DNA of 64,000 bases from an uncultured Gemmatimonadales bacterium (GCA_963809895.1 CAWELD010000010.1:992001-1056000), one strand, 5' to 3'. Shown: positions 47,742-58,639, numbered from the stretch's first letter. The notes: generated by a model from the letters alone, not told the origin. Translations and numbers: made by a program.

Positions 47742-47924
47742 TCAGCGCTTTCCCAGACGTCGCAGAATCTCGCCCAGATCGGGCCCGGTTTCGCATCCGG
47801 GTCCCGGGGGCTCGGGTGGCGGTGGCACCCGGGGTGGCTTCGGCGTGCAGGGTGGCTCGGGGATCCGCAAGCCGAAGGGGCGCTTGCGGTCGCGAGGTGC
47901 GTGTTGGCGTCGGTTCTTGGCCAT
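47742..47924 (-). CDS. Small proline-rich hypothetical protein (60 aa)
   Basis: GGAG RBS and ATG; fills the gap between two co-oriented genes. Confidence 0.35.
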   Translation of the reverse strand: MAKNRRQHAPRDRKRPFGLRIPEPPCTPKPPRVPPPPEPPGPGCETGPDLGEILRRLGKR

Positions 47925-48006
47925 GGCGTGACTCTCCATCGAGGTGCCGTGCACCCACTACTACGCGGCGGAGTCCCCGGAAGTGTCGTTCGCGTGCGTC
48001 GCGACC

Positions 48007-48645
48007 TTACCGCCGCCTGATCTCCAGACGGGCCACGTGGAGATTCAGGCCGTGGCTCACGCGCAGGCCGACGATGCCCACCACCGGCACGTCGTCGCGG
48101 GGGATGCTCGCCACCTGCTCGCCGTTGACGGCGAAGCGCAGCTCGTCGCGGCGCGCCTCCAGTGACAGCACGTTCTGCACCGACGCCGCGCCGGAGGGAC
48201 GGTCGGCGAAGGACCGCACGGCGCCGGAGGTCGCCCATCCCCGCAGATCCACGAGCTGGTCGCCGTCACGGACGCCCACCAGGTACTCCCCACCGTCGCG
48301 GATGAGGAAGTACAGGTAGCGGGGCGCACCCTCGGCGAGGTGTGTTCCACCCACGAAGATCCCGAATCCTTCCCGCCGTCCGCCGGGGTCGAACAGGTAG
48401 GTGTCGGCTTCCAGGCGAAAGATGCCCTCGGCGGCCTCGGCGGGATCCCAGAGGATGACCGCGGGGCCCGTGGTGACGTGCCACCCGGGAGGCATGTCCA
48501 CGAAGTAGACGTCGTCGAGGTCCGCGCCGGCATCGTCGGCGCGTATGCGCCAGGCGGGGGGCGACGTGAACTCGGCTTCCTGCGCCAGGAGCGTGCAAGG
48601 GGCCAGGGCCGCGACGGTGGCGAGCAGGGCCAGGGTGCGGTGCAT
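48007..48645 (-). CDS. Secreted hypothetical protein (DUF1080/ConA-like beta-sandwich)
   Basis: Signal peptide; GWHVTTGPA, EGFGIF, YLYFLIR, FAVNG, GIVGLRV. Confidence 0.7.
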   Translation of the reverse strand: MHRTLALLATVAALAPCTLLAQEAEFTSPPAWRIRADDAGADLDDVYFVDMPPGWHVTTGPAVILWDPAEAAEGIFRLEADTYLFDPGGRREGFGIFVGGTHLAEGAPRYLYFLIRDGGEYLVGVRDGDQLVDLRGWATSGAVRSFADRPSGAASVQNVLSLEARRDELRFAVNGEQVASIPRDDVPVVGIVGLRVSHGLNLHVARLEIRRR

Positions 48646-48734
48646 GGTCGGGATCGGTTGGAGGGCTCCACGGACCGTACCTGCACCGTACATTGGGCGT
48701 CGCCTTCCGGGCCCGTCAACTCCGGGCCTCCCGG

Positions 48735-50549
48735 TCACGCTCCGCGCTCGCCGGAGCCCTCGGCCTGACCGGCCACCGCGCGTTCGTAAAGCGCCAGCAC
48801 GTGTCCCCTGTCCAGGATCCCGAGGAGGCGGCCGGATTCGGGATCGGTGACGGGAAGCGTAGCCACGCCGCTGGTCCCCATGCGGCCGATGGCGGCCAGC
48901 AGCGTCGAGTCGGGGTGCAGAGGCGATACGGGATTCGCCACGTCGGCCGCCAACAGAAGGTTGGAGAGCTCGTGCTGGTCCTGCGCCAGGCGACCGAGCT
49001 CGGCCACACCCACCATTCCAACCAGGTGGAGATCCCGGTCCACGACCGGGAACTGGGTCTGCGTGCCCGGCTGGAGGTGTTCCAGCAGCTGGCTCACGGA
49101 GGCCTGTTCGCCGATGACCTGCGGGTCCGGATCGAAGGCGTCCTGTACGTGGAGTGTCGACAGCAGCGCGGCGTCTCGCCCTCCGGTGAGCGTCTCTCCC
49201 CGCTGGCGCAGCCACACCGCGTACAGCGAATCGGGCTGGAGGCGACGAGCGACCACGTGCGCCATGCCCGTGGCCAGCATGAGCGGCAGGACGATGGCGT
49301 AGTCCCCAGTGACCTCGAACACCAGGAGGATCGCCGTGAGGGGCGCCTCGAGGGTTGCCACCACCAGCGCTCCCATCCCCACGAGCGCATATCCCTGGGG
49401 ATCGAGGACGGTCCCGGGCAGGAGCTGCTGCGCCGCCACCCCGAAGGCGCCGCCGGCCGCCGCGCCCACGTAGAGGGCCGGCGTGAACATTCCGCCGGAA
49501 CCCCCGGCGCCCATGGTGGCGGCGGTAGCGAAGATCTTTCCCAGCGCCAGTGCCAGGAGGAGCCACCAGGCCGCGTTGCCGAACAGCTCCGGAGGGAGCG
49601 ACAGGTGTCCTTCTCCCACCAGGAGCCCGCCCGCGCTGGCCACCGCCAGGCCCACCAGCGCTCCGCCCACCCACGGTCGCACCGCCGCGGGTCCGGGCAG
49701 CGCTCGGGCTACCCGGTAGGCGCCGTAGTAGACCTTGATGAAGAGCGCCCCCAGGACACCGGCCAGCGCCCCCAGCAGGGGATAGAGGAAGACGACCTCC
49801 CGCACCAGCGGCGTCGCATGGGTCAGGGGCACCGGAAAGGCGGGATGCGCGCCGAACACCGACTGGCTCATGACCGCCGCCACGACGCTGGCCACGACCA
49901 CGGGTGGAAAGGCCGCCACCGAGAGCGACCCCAGCACCTGCTCCAGCGCGAAGAAGGCACCGGCGAGGGGCGCGTTGAAGGCCGCGGAGATGCCCGCGGC
50001 GGCGCCGGCTCCCACCAGGATGCGCATGCGAGCGGGACCCACGCGGAACCAGCGGCCCAGCGCCGAGCCGACGGTCGCGCCCAGGACCGCCACCGGCGCT
50101 TCCGAACCCACGGACCCTCCGCCGCCCACCGTGACCGCCGCGGCCGCGGTCTTCACCAGCGCCGGCCGCGCGGGGATCTGACCGCCCCGTCGGGCTACCG
50201 CGACCTGGACGTCGGGAATGTTGAGACCGTCGTGGCCCTTGGCGAGGCGACGCATGAGCCACCAGGCGGCTGCCAGCGCGGCTCCCGTGATGAGGGGGCG
50301 GCGCACCCAGATGAAGGCGTCGGGCACGTGCGAGCCCAGGCTCTCGTAGAAGGCCTTGTAGGCCAGGTCCACGAGCACGTAGAACGACGCCACTCCCAGT
50401 GCCCCCGCGACTCCGATGGCCACGGCGAAGCTGAGGAGGACCGTGTTCTCGCTGAGGGGCTTCCGCCCGAGCCAGGCGACCAGTCGGAGCCAGGCCCGGG
50501 TCAGCAAGCGGTTGGTTCGGTGCGCGGTACGGGGTGAGAGGGGACGCAT
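48735..50549 (-). CDS. ClC chloride channel/antiporter with CBS domains
   Basis: GGSVGSEAP, AAFNAPLAG, GGMFTP, APLTA, SLY; C-terminal CBS pair. Confidence 0.92.
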   Translation of the reverse strand: MRPLSPRTAHRTNRLLTRAWLRLVAWLGRKPLSENTVLLSFAVAIGVAGALGVASFYVLVDLAYKAFYESLGSHVPDAFIWVRRPLITGAALAAAWWLMRRLAKGHDGLNIPDVQVAVARRGGQIPARPALVKTAAAAVTVGGGGSVGSEAPVAVLGATVGSALGRWFRVGPARMRILVGAGAAAGISAAFNAPLAGAFFALEQVLGSLSVAAFPPVVVASVVAAVMSQSVFGAHPAFPVPLTHATPLVREVVFLYPLLGALAGVLGALFIKVYYGAYRVARALPGPAAVRPWVGGALVGLAVASAGGLLVGEGHLSLPPELFGNAAWWLLLALALGKIFATAATMGAGGSGGMFTPALYVGAAAGGAFGVAAQQLLPGTVLDPQGYALVGMGALVVATLEAPLTAILLVFEVTGDYAIVLPLMLATGMAHVVARRLQPDSLYAVWLRQRGETLTGGRDAALLSTLHVQDAFDPDPQVIGEQASVSQLLEHLQPGTQTQFPVVDRDLHLVGMVGVAELGRLAQDQHELSNLLLAADVANPVSPLHPDSTLLAAIGRMGTSGVATLPVTDPESGRLLGILDRGHVLALYERAVAGQAEGSGERGA

Positions 50550-50672
50550 GCCCAAACTTCGTCAAGGCGGGCGCCCGGGCCAACACTGGGTGACGGTTAT
50601 CTGTCTCCCTTGCGTCATGTCGCGGATCCCCGCGGGAATCCGCTCGTCTGCCTTCAGCAGAGGTCCTGCCCC

Positions 50673-53600
50673 ATGCGCGTTCTGCACTCCGGGAGGCTCG
50701 CCGCCCTGGCGGGCGCCCTCCTGGCCCCGACGCTGGCGTTGGCGACGCCGGCGCGAGCTCAGCTCAGCACGCCGCTGGATTCGGCCATGTTGGCGAGCTT
50801 CCAGTGGCGCAACATCGGCCCGGCCAACATCGCCGGCCGGGTCACCGACATCGAGGGGATCGGCAGTCCTTCGAAGACCTTCTTCGTAGCCAGCGCCGGC
50901 GGGGGGATCTGGAAGACCACCAACAACGGCACGACCTTCAAGCCGGTCTTCGACGTCGGGCGCGTGGTGGCCATGGGAGATCTGGCCATCGCGCCCTCGG
51001 ACACCATGCAGGTCTGGGCGGGCACGGGTGAGGGCAACACGCGCAATTCCATCTCACCCGGCGGCGGAATCTACAAGTCCACCGACGGGGGGATGACCTG
51101 GGCGCTCATGGGCCTCGAGGAGACCCAGGTGATCGCCCGGGTCCTGGTGGATCCGCGCAATGCGGACGTGGTCTACGCGGCGGCGTTGGGCCACATCTGG
51201 GACTCGAATCCCGAGCGCGGCCTCTACAAGACCACCGACGGTGGCCGCACCTGGCAACTGAAGAAGTTCATCAGCGACAAGGCCGGATTCGCGGACATCG
51301 TCATGGATCCGCGCAATCCCGACATCCTGTTCGCATCCAGTTGGCAGCGCGTGCGCGGACCCTGGTTCCTGGACAGCGGCGGGCCCGGCAGCGGGCTGTG
51401 GAAGTCCACCGACGCCGGCGAGACCTGGACGGAGGTCGTGGGCAACGGCTTTCCCACGGCGATGAAGGGCCGGATCGGCCTCGCCATCTCTCCGTCACGC
51501 CCGGACATCATGTACGCCCTGGTCGAGGCCGAGAAGGAGACCGACGGCTCCGGCGGATCGGGCCTCTACCGCACCGACGACGCCGGCGCCACCTGGCAGA
51601 AGATGAACGACGAGAACACGCGTCCCTTCTACTACTCGCAGGTGCGTGTGGACCCGGCGAACCCCGATCGCGTCTACTGGTCGTCCACGCCCGTGCGCTA
51701 CTCCAACGACGGGGGTCGCACGGCCGGCAACGCCACCGTGGGCATCCACGTGGACCAGCACGCCATGTGGATCGACCCCAACGATCCGCAGCACTTCGTC
51801 ACCGGCAACGACGGCGGCATCGCCCAGACCTGGGATCAGGGCGGCAGCTTCGAGTTCATCAACACCTTCGCCATCGGGCAGCTCTACCACGTCTCCTTCA
51901 ACATGGACGTGCCCTACCAGGTGTGCGGAGGCCTTCAGGACAACGGCAGCTGGTGCGGACCGTCGCGGCGCGCCCGCGGTGGGATCGACAACTACATGTG
52001 GGCCACCGTAGCCGGCGGTGACGGATTCTACTCGGCGCAGCATCCCGAGCTTCCCTACCTGGTGTGGGCCGAGTCCCAGGGCGGCAACATGTCGCGCGTG
52101 GACATGCGCACCGGCCAGCGCGTGGGTCTGCAGAAGCCACAGTGGCGGGATCGCTACCTCGAGTTCGAAGACTCCATCCTGGTCATCTGGGACGACTCGA
52201 CGCACAATCCCCCGGCAGACGCCCAGCGGCGCATCGAACGGATCCGGCAGGAGCAGCAGGCGGACTCCGCCGCCCGTGAGCTGCGCTGGAACTGGGACAC
52301 GCCGTTCTTCCTGTCACCCCACGATCCCGACGTCTTCTACGCCGGTGCCAACCGTGTGCTGAAGAGCACGAAGCTCGGTGACGATCTGCGGGTGATCTCG
52401 CCGGACCTGAGCACGCAGGACCCGGGCAAGATCCATGTCTCCACGGAGACCACGGGCGGCATCACCCCCGACGTCACCGGTGCGGAGACCCACGCGACCA
52501 TCGTCACGCTGGACGAATCGCCCATCGTGCAGGGGATGCTGTTCGCCGGCACCGACGACGGCAACGTCTGGATGAGCCCCGACGACGGCGCCCGTTGGAC
52601 GCAGCTCAACGACCGCTTCACCGGCAAGGTGCCCGACAGCACCTACGTGAGCCGCATCGAGCCGTCCAGCTTCGACCGCAACCGCTTCTACGTCACCTTC
52701 GACAACCACCGCCGCAACGACTTCACACCGTACGTGTTCGTCACCGACGACGGCGGCAAGAGCTTCCGCTCCATCGCCGGCGGGCTGCCCAGCGACGGCC
52801 CCGCGTACGTGCACGTGATCCGCGAAGACCCCACCAACCCCAACCTGCTCTTCGTGGGGACCGACCTGGGGGTGTGGGTGTCCACGGACCGTGGCGGCTC
52901 CTGGCAGCGCTTCATGAGCGGGATGCCCACGGTGCCGGTGCGGGACCTGGAGATCCATCCGCGGGACCGGGAGCTGATCGCGGCCACCCACGGGCGCTCC
53001 ATCTGGATCGTGGACATCGCCCCCCTGCAGCAGATGACGGATCAGGTCATGGCACAGGGTGCCGTGCTCTTCGAGCCCGCGCCGGGACTCGAGTTCGGCG
53101 ATCGGCCCATCGGTGGCGAGTCCACCGGGCACAAGTGGTTCGAGGGTGAGAGCCGGCCCTACGGCGCCGCCATCAGCTACTATCTGCCGGCTGACGTAGA
53201 GGGCCGTCAGGTGGAGCTGACCATCACGGGGCTCCGACGGCAAGGTGTTCGGGACCGCCAACGGTGTCGGCCGAGCCGGGTTGCAGACGGCGCTGTGGAA
53301 CTTCCGGGGCGAGGCCCCCCCGGCGGCCGCGCTGTCGCCTGCCGAGCGGCGGGACAGCCTCCAGTCCGTGGCCATGATGCGGGCCGTGGCCGATTCCCTG
53401 GTGGAGCACGAGGGCGCCGACCGGCAGGAGATGGACGACGCGCTGGAGAACATGCTTTCCGGCGGAAATCGGCGCTTCCGCGGCTTCGGTGGCGGGGGCG
53501 GTGGACGAGGGGGCGCGGCTTCCGACCGGCCCGGCGAGACGCCGACGGCGCCCTTCCAGGCCGAAGGCCAGGGTCGGGGCGGCTTCGGTGGGCCAGGCGG

Positions 53601-53883
53601 CAACGCCATGCGCGATCTGCTGGGCGCGATGCGCGATCGAGGCATGGGCTTCAACGCGCTGCGTGGCCGCGGTGGCCCGAGCGCGCCCATGGCCGAGGCC
53701 GGCGTCTACACGGTTTCCATGACGGTCAACGGCAAGACGCTGAGCGTGCCGTTGGAGATCATCCGCCAGGGCGACCTGCAGCCCGACGAGTCGCCCTTCG
53801 AGATGTTCGGGGGTGCCGGCTCGTGGGACGAGCTGTTCGAGATGCTCGACGAAGGCCGGTTGGAGTTGGACGGAGGGTTCTGA
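50673..53883 (+). CDS. Secreted VPS10/BNR-repeat protein (frameshift near 53228-53231)
   Basis: Asp-box repeats, GGLQDNG, LRWNWDTP; Gly-rich C-terminus continues in ORF 53245-53883. Confidence 0.88.
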
Positions 53884-53890
53884 AACAGTG

Positions 53891-53923
53891 AGGCCCGGGG
53901 TCGCGTGTCGCGGCCCCGGGCCT
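53891..53923 (+). terminator. Strong hairpin after the VPS10 gene
   Basis: AGGCCCGGGGTCGCG-TGT-CGCGGCCCCGGGCCT. Confidence 0.55.
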
Positions 53924-54247
53924 ACCGGCTGTCAGGTGGTGGCATGCCTCCTCCGTGAGAAGGTACCGACCCTTTGCTGCGGGCCCGGCACGGTGCCGGT
54001 ACACCGTGGATCCGTCCCGGTGGGGACGCCTGCCCGCGCTGCCTCCGCTCGTGCCACGCGGCCGTCTGCGTCGCCTCATTCCGAGGCTGCGGGAGCGTGA
54101 CCTCGCTCCCCTCTTGGCGGGGCCAGACCGTGGCCCACGGGGGGAAGCAGCTAACTCAATGATTGCTTCGGCAGAGCCTCCGCGCAAGCTTCTCGTGGGC
54201 GTGTTTCCTGCCCCCCTCGGCGGGGTCTCCGGAGCCGTGCCGACGAC

Positions 54248-55813
54248 TCACCGGAACGGGTCGGCGCGAAGGACGTCCGGCACCGGATTGAGCGCCGCGA
54301 CGGGTGCCCATTCGCCGGGAGCGACGTGCTGGGCCGCGAACCGCCGCGGCTCGAATCCCGCCCGCGCGACGGCGGCTGCCACGTCGGTGGCGTAGAGGCT
54401 CTGGGCGGAGGTGGTCTGGATCCAGTCACCGGCCCACAGGAACGCATCGTCGGGCACGTACGCCAGCAGGGCCCCGAAGGCCGCGCGGCCGCCGATGGTG
54501 CGCAGGCGCAGCTTGCCGCCCGCCAGGTCCAGGCCGTCATCGACGCCCACGAATCGGAACGGCACCGACGCTCCGGCCCGCACCCGTTCCAGGGCGTCGG
54601 GGGTATGGGTCCAACGCCGCTCCACCAGCCGGGTGAGGAAGTCGCGTGCCGATCGGTGCGCCACCACGGTGGCGCCACGGGCCACCCAGAACCGCACGCC
54701 GCCGATGTGAGGCCAGGCGAGGTCGGTCACCACCACCACGCGGTTGGGGGCATCGGGAAAGAGCGTGGCCGCCAACGCGGAGTCTTGCCGTGCGCGCTTT
54801 TCCGAGAGGGTGGCATCGAGCACGTAGACCGTGTCACCCACCTGTACCAGGGTCTCGTTGTACGCCTGGTCCGCCAACACCACGACATGGTCGGACTGGC
54901 GCACGGTGTCCGGCGGCTGGGCACTCCACGCCGCCAGAAATACGTCCTCGGTGGCCCGGGCGGCCTCGGCGGGCACCTCCGGGATGGGGGATCGGCTCCG
55001 GGGAAGTATTTCCATGCGGCCCAGCGTCCGCTCCCGCTGGATCCCGCCATCCTCGAGCTGATGGGCCGCGCTGGGAAAGTAGCCGCCGTCGCCGGTGGCG
55101 ATCCAGGTGCTCCACAGGATCTCCTCGTGCCGCTGGCCCCAGGTGGCGTGGGGTCGGATGCGCTCGAGCTTCACGGGGAGCGCCGTGGCGAGATCCAGGA
55201 ACAGTCGGTCGGGACCGAAGGCTCCCCCGCGGCTGAGCACGATGCGCGGCAGGTCGCGGTAGTCGCACACACCCGCCACGCGCACGTCGGACGCACGACT
55301 CCAGTCCAGTAGCACGGCCCAGGGGTTCATCTCGCGTTGCGGGGCCATGGCGGCGTGGAACGACGCGGCCTCCCGCAACTGTCCCTCCACCTCCACCCAG
55401 GTCGTGCGGGCGTCGGTGACGGCGGTGCGCGGCTCCCCCGGGCCGGTCTTGGGAAAGACGCCGGTGAAGGACTCGCGTTGGACGCCCGTCCGTGGATCGT
55501 ACCAGCTCTCCGCCGACTGCAGGGCCGAGAAGAACGGCGGATACGTGCGATCCGACTGGAAGTCCATACTCTGGGTGCCCATGCTCCAGAAGTGGAACAC
55601 CCCGTCGTCCGGCACCTCCATGGAGGCGCGGGCCGCGCTCAGCCAGGCATCGGCGGATCGTGAGTCGGCGGCGGCCCGACAGGCGTCCAGGCTCTGGGCA
55701 TGTGCGGGCCGGACGGCCAGCGTGCCCAGGAGGCATGCCAGAGCGACGCGTCGGCCGGTCGCGAGTGGGGCGCGGTCGGTGGGCCGGAAGGGGCGGGAAG
55801 GGGAGGGATTCAT
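54248..55813 (-). CDS. Secreted protein with a degenerate C-terminal metallo-beta-lactamase fold
   Basis: Signal peptide AHA-Q; YVLDA, VVVTDLAWPHIGG, FLWAGD, AAQH. Confidence 0.7.
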   Translation of the reverse strand: MNPSPSRPFRPTDRAPLATGRRVALACLLGTLAVRPAHAQSLDACRAAADSRSADAWLSAARASMEVPDDGVFHFWSMGTQSMDFQSDRTYPPFFSALQSAESWYDPRTGVQRESFTGVFPKTGPGEPRTAVTDARTTWVEVEGQLREAASFHAAMAPQREMNPWAVLLDWSRASDVRVAGVCDYRDLPRIVLSRGGAFGPDRLFLDLATALPVKLERIRPHATWGQRHEEILWSTWIATGDGGYFPSAAHQLEDGGIQRERTLGRMEILPRSRSPIPEVPAEAARATEDVFLAAWSAQPPDTVRQSDHVVVLADQAYNETLVQVGDTVYVLDATLSEKRARQDSALAATLFPDAPNRVVVVTDLAWPHIGGVRFWVARGATVVAHRSARDFLTRLVERRWTHTPDALERVRAGASVPFRFVGVDDGLDLAGGKLRLRTIGGRAAFGALLAYVPDDAFLWAGDWIQTTSAQSLYATDVAAAVARAGFEPRRFAAQHVAPGEWAPVAALNPVPDVLRADPFR

Positions 55814-55926
55814 TCGGGTCTCCTCGCGTCGTCGATTCGAAGGCTGACCCGATTGTCGCGCCGTGGATCCCGTGGCGGTATCGGCCAAAAGGACGAAGCG
55901 TGCCCGCCGGACCGTGTGCCCGGGCC

Positions 55927-58611
55927 TCAGAGCAGGCCCACCGCCTCTGCTCGCGCCAGGGCCTGTATCCGGGAGCCGGCGTCGAGCTTCCGATAGAGGC
56001 GTTGCAGGTGTGTCTTGACCGTGCTCAACGACACGCCCAGCTCCCTGGCCATGGCTTTGTTGCTCATCCCCCGGGCCAGAAGGTGCAGCACATCGGCCTC
56101 CCGGGCGGTGAGCTGTGGTTGCCCGTGGAGGGAACGAGCGGACTCGGCCTCGACGGCGCGGGCCACGCGGTTGAGGTGGGCCAGGCCGTCGGGAGCGGGC
56201 CGGACTCCTTCCAGCACGGGCGCGATGTGTGCAGCCTGGTCGGCGAAGACGCGGACCCAACCCTCGGGGCGGGCCTGGTTCAGTGCGCGCTCGAGGGCCT
56301 CGACCGCGGCGTCACGGTGGCCGAGCGCTTCCAGCGCGCCGGCTTCCAGCACACCGAAGTGGACCGCGAAGGCCGAGCGACGGCCCTCCAGCGCTGCGCC
56401 GCGCGCCGCGCGGGCCAACGCCAGCGCCTCGTCGTCCCGCTCCAGGGCGAGCAACGCCTCCACCACCGTTGCGATCTCCTGAAGTCGAGCGTGGAGCTCC
56501 GACGGAGGTGATTCAGCGAGAGAGCGGGGCTCGTACCTGCGCCGTCGGAGCCAGGTGGCCACGGCGTCGAGGTCGCCGGCCGCCAGTGCGAACCCGGCGC
56601 GCACCCCGTCCAGCCATTCCCGGTTGCGGTCCGATAGGGGGGTGGTCGCCATGAGACGGCCGAGATCGTCCAGGCGGGCACGGGCCTCGTCCGGGCGATT
56701 CAGGCGGAGCAGCACCGTGGCGAGTACCCGGTAGGCGCCTGTGAGCACGCCTCGATGCTCCAGCGGCTCGGCCAGCTCCACGGCTCGGGTCAACGAGGCC
56801 TCCGACTCCTCCAGCGCGTTCCATTCATACTGCAGATACCCGAGGAATTGATGCGCCATGGCCTCGCCCACCGGTGCCGCACCGTCGTGGCTGGAGGCCA
56901 CCTGAAGGGCGCTCTCCAGCGCCTCGCGCGAGGCGTGGGAGCGGCCGAGCATCATGAGGAGCACACCGGCCATGGAGCGCCCCACGGCCGCTTCGGCCGG
57001 ACGGTCCACCCGGGCTCCGACCTGGTGGGCCAGGGCAAGGGCGTCCTCTGCCAGCTCGGGATCGCCGGTGAAGCGGAATCCGACCTGGAGCAGGCTGAGC
57101 GTCTGGAGGGCCAGGAAGGGATCCCCGGCGGGCAGGGCCCCGCGGGCGCGGCGGGCCGCGGCGGCCGTCGCCGCCACGTCGCCCCGTGACAGGGCTCCCA
57201 CGGCCCGCACCAGGTGGTCCAGGCAGCGAAGGTCGGCGCCGGCGTCGTCGGGCAGGGGGGGCAGGTCCACGCCGCCGCCGTTGCCCCGGTGATAGGCGAA
57301 CCACGCCCGCAGCCGGGTGGCCACCGGCGCGTCGCGCAGGACATTTCCGGGAATGGCCTCGAGCGTGCGCGCCAACCAGCGACTCCGACCTCGCGCCAAC
57401 AAGGGGCCCGCGTCGGCCTCCATCCAACGCAGCGCCAGGCGCGGCCGCCGCGCCGTGAGGGCGTGCTCCACCGCCGACTCGATGCGACTCTGCGCCGCAT
57501 GGTGGTGCGCCAGTTTCAGGTGCAACGAGCGCCAGTCGCCCTCCTCGTGGGTATGCAGATCCTCCGCGAGCACCTCACGGAGCAGGGGATGCAGTCGGAA
57601 GGTGTCGAGATCGGGGCCCCGGGTCACGAACCAGCCGCGAGACTCCAGCGCCTCCAGGAAGCGCGTGGGGTCGCCTTCGGGGTCGAGCAGGGTTCGGGTG
57701 GGACCGTCCAGCTCGTCGGCTACCGACAGGCGGGCGAGGCGGGCCGCCGTGGCGTCACCCAGCGCAGGCACCACCTCCTGGCGGACGAAGTCTGCCAGAA
57801 GCCCCGATGACGCCGGTTCCGAGACCAGCGCGCCGCTGCCTTCCCGGGCCAGCACCCTGAGGGCCACCGGCCAACCGCCGGACCGTGCCAGGATCTGCTC
57901 GAGGGTTTCGGCGTCCGGCTCGAGCCCGGCTCCTTCCAACAACGCGCGAGCTTCGGCCTGGTCGGCGGCGAGCTCGGCGGGCCCGATCCTGCGCAGCGCT
58001 CCAGCCACCTCCAGGCGGGCCCAGCGGAGCTCGGGCAGGGTGCGTCCGGACAGGACCAGGAGGCGCCCCCCGGGCCAGCCTCGTGTGAAGGCGTCGAGCC
58101 AGGCCGCCAGCCCGGGGTCCGGGTCCGCTTCGTGAAGCTCGTCCAGGACCAGTGCGGTGCGGGGGGCGAGGAGGTCGGCCGACCTCGCCAGGGCGGCGCC
58201 CACGGCCCGAGCCTCGGGCGAGACCGCTTCCAGCCCGGCGCGCGCGGACCCGGCGGGTGCCCCCAGCCCCTCCAGCGCCGTCGCCGTTCGCCGGGCTGCG
58301 TCGGCCCATTCGTCGCCGGGCAGGAGGGTGACCCAGCCCACGGCCTGCTTCCGGTGGTGCGCCCATCCGGCCAACGCCCAGCTCTTTCCCCATCCCCCCG
58401 CCGCCTCCACGGCCACCACCCTCACCGGCTCCGGCGCCTCCAGGAGCGTCGAGATCCGCTCCCGGTGGACGTGGACAGGCGAAAGGGGCGGTGCCGACGT
58501 CAAGGGCCTCCCCCGGTACACGCGATCACGATCCTCCTCCCGCACGACGAAGACGCCGGTCAGGCCCGGCGCGAGGCCGCCACGATACGAGCCGGCCCGG
58601 GAGGTGGGCAA
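55927..58611 (-). CDS. MalT-like LuxR family transcriptional regulator (start uncertain)
   Basis: Walker A AAGGWGKS, LVLDELH, GWPVAL, FRLHPL; C-terminal LTAREADVL..SNKAMA..TVKTH HTH. Confidence 0.9.
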   Translation of the reverse strand: MPTSRAGSYRGGLAPGLTGVFVVREEDRDRVYRGRPLTSAPPLSPVHVHRERISTLLEAPEPVRVVAVEAAGGWGKSWALAGWAHHRKQAVGWVTLLPGDEWADAARRTATALEGLGAPAGSARAGLEAVSPEARAVGAALARSADLLAPRTALVLDELHEADPDPGLAAWLDAFTRGWPGGRLLVLSGRTLPELRWARLEVAGALRRIGPAELAADQAEARALLEGAGLEPDAETLEQILARSGGWPVALRVLAREGSGALVSEPASSGLLADFVRQEVVPALGDATAARLARLSVADELDGPTRTLLDPEGDPTRFLEALESRGWFVTRGPDLDTFRLHPLLREVLAEDLHTHEEGDWRSLHLKLAHHHAAQSRIESAVEHALTARRPRLALRWMEADAGPLLARGRSRWLARTLEAIPGNVLRDAPVATRLRAWFAYHRGNGGGVDLPPLPDDAGADLRCLDHLVRAVGALSRGDVAATAAAARRARGALPAGDPFLALQTLSLLQVGFRFTGDPELAEDALALAHQVGARVDRPAEAAVGRSMAGVLLMMLGRSHASREALESALQVASSHDGAAPVGEAMAHQFLGYLQYEWNALEESEASLTRAVELAEPLEHRGVLTGAYRVLATVLLRLNRPDEARARLDDLGRLMATTPLSDRNREWLDGVRAGFALAAGDLDAVATWLRRRRYEPRSLAESPPSELHARLQEIATVVEALLALERDDEALALARAARGAALEGRRSAFAVHFGVLEAGALEALGHRDAAVEALERALNQARPEGWVRVFADQAAHIAPVLEGVRPAPDGLAHLNRVARAVEAESARSLHGQPQLTAREADVLHLLARGMSNKAMARELGVSLSTVKTHLQRLYRKLDAGSRIQALARAEAVGLL

Positions 58612-58639
58612 CGGCGACGAGCCGGGTTCGACGCGAAGG

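Noticed and set aside
48007..50586. 859-aa ORF overlapping the ClC gene
   Set aside because: Only the last 212 aa (from ATG 48645, with a signal peptide) look like a real protein.
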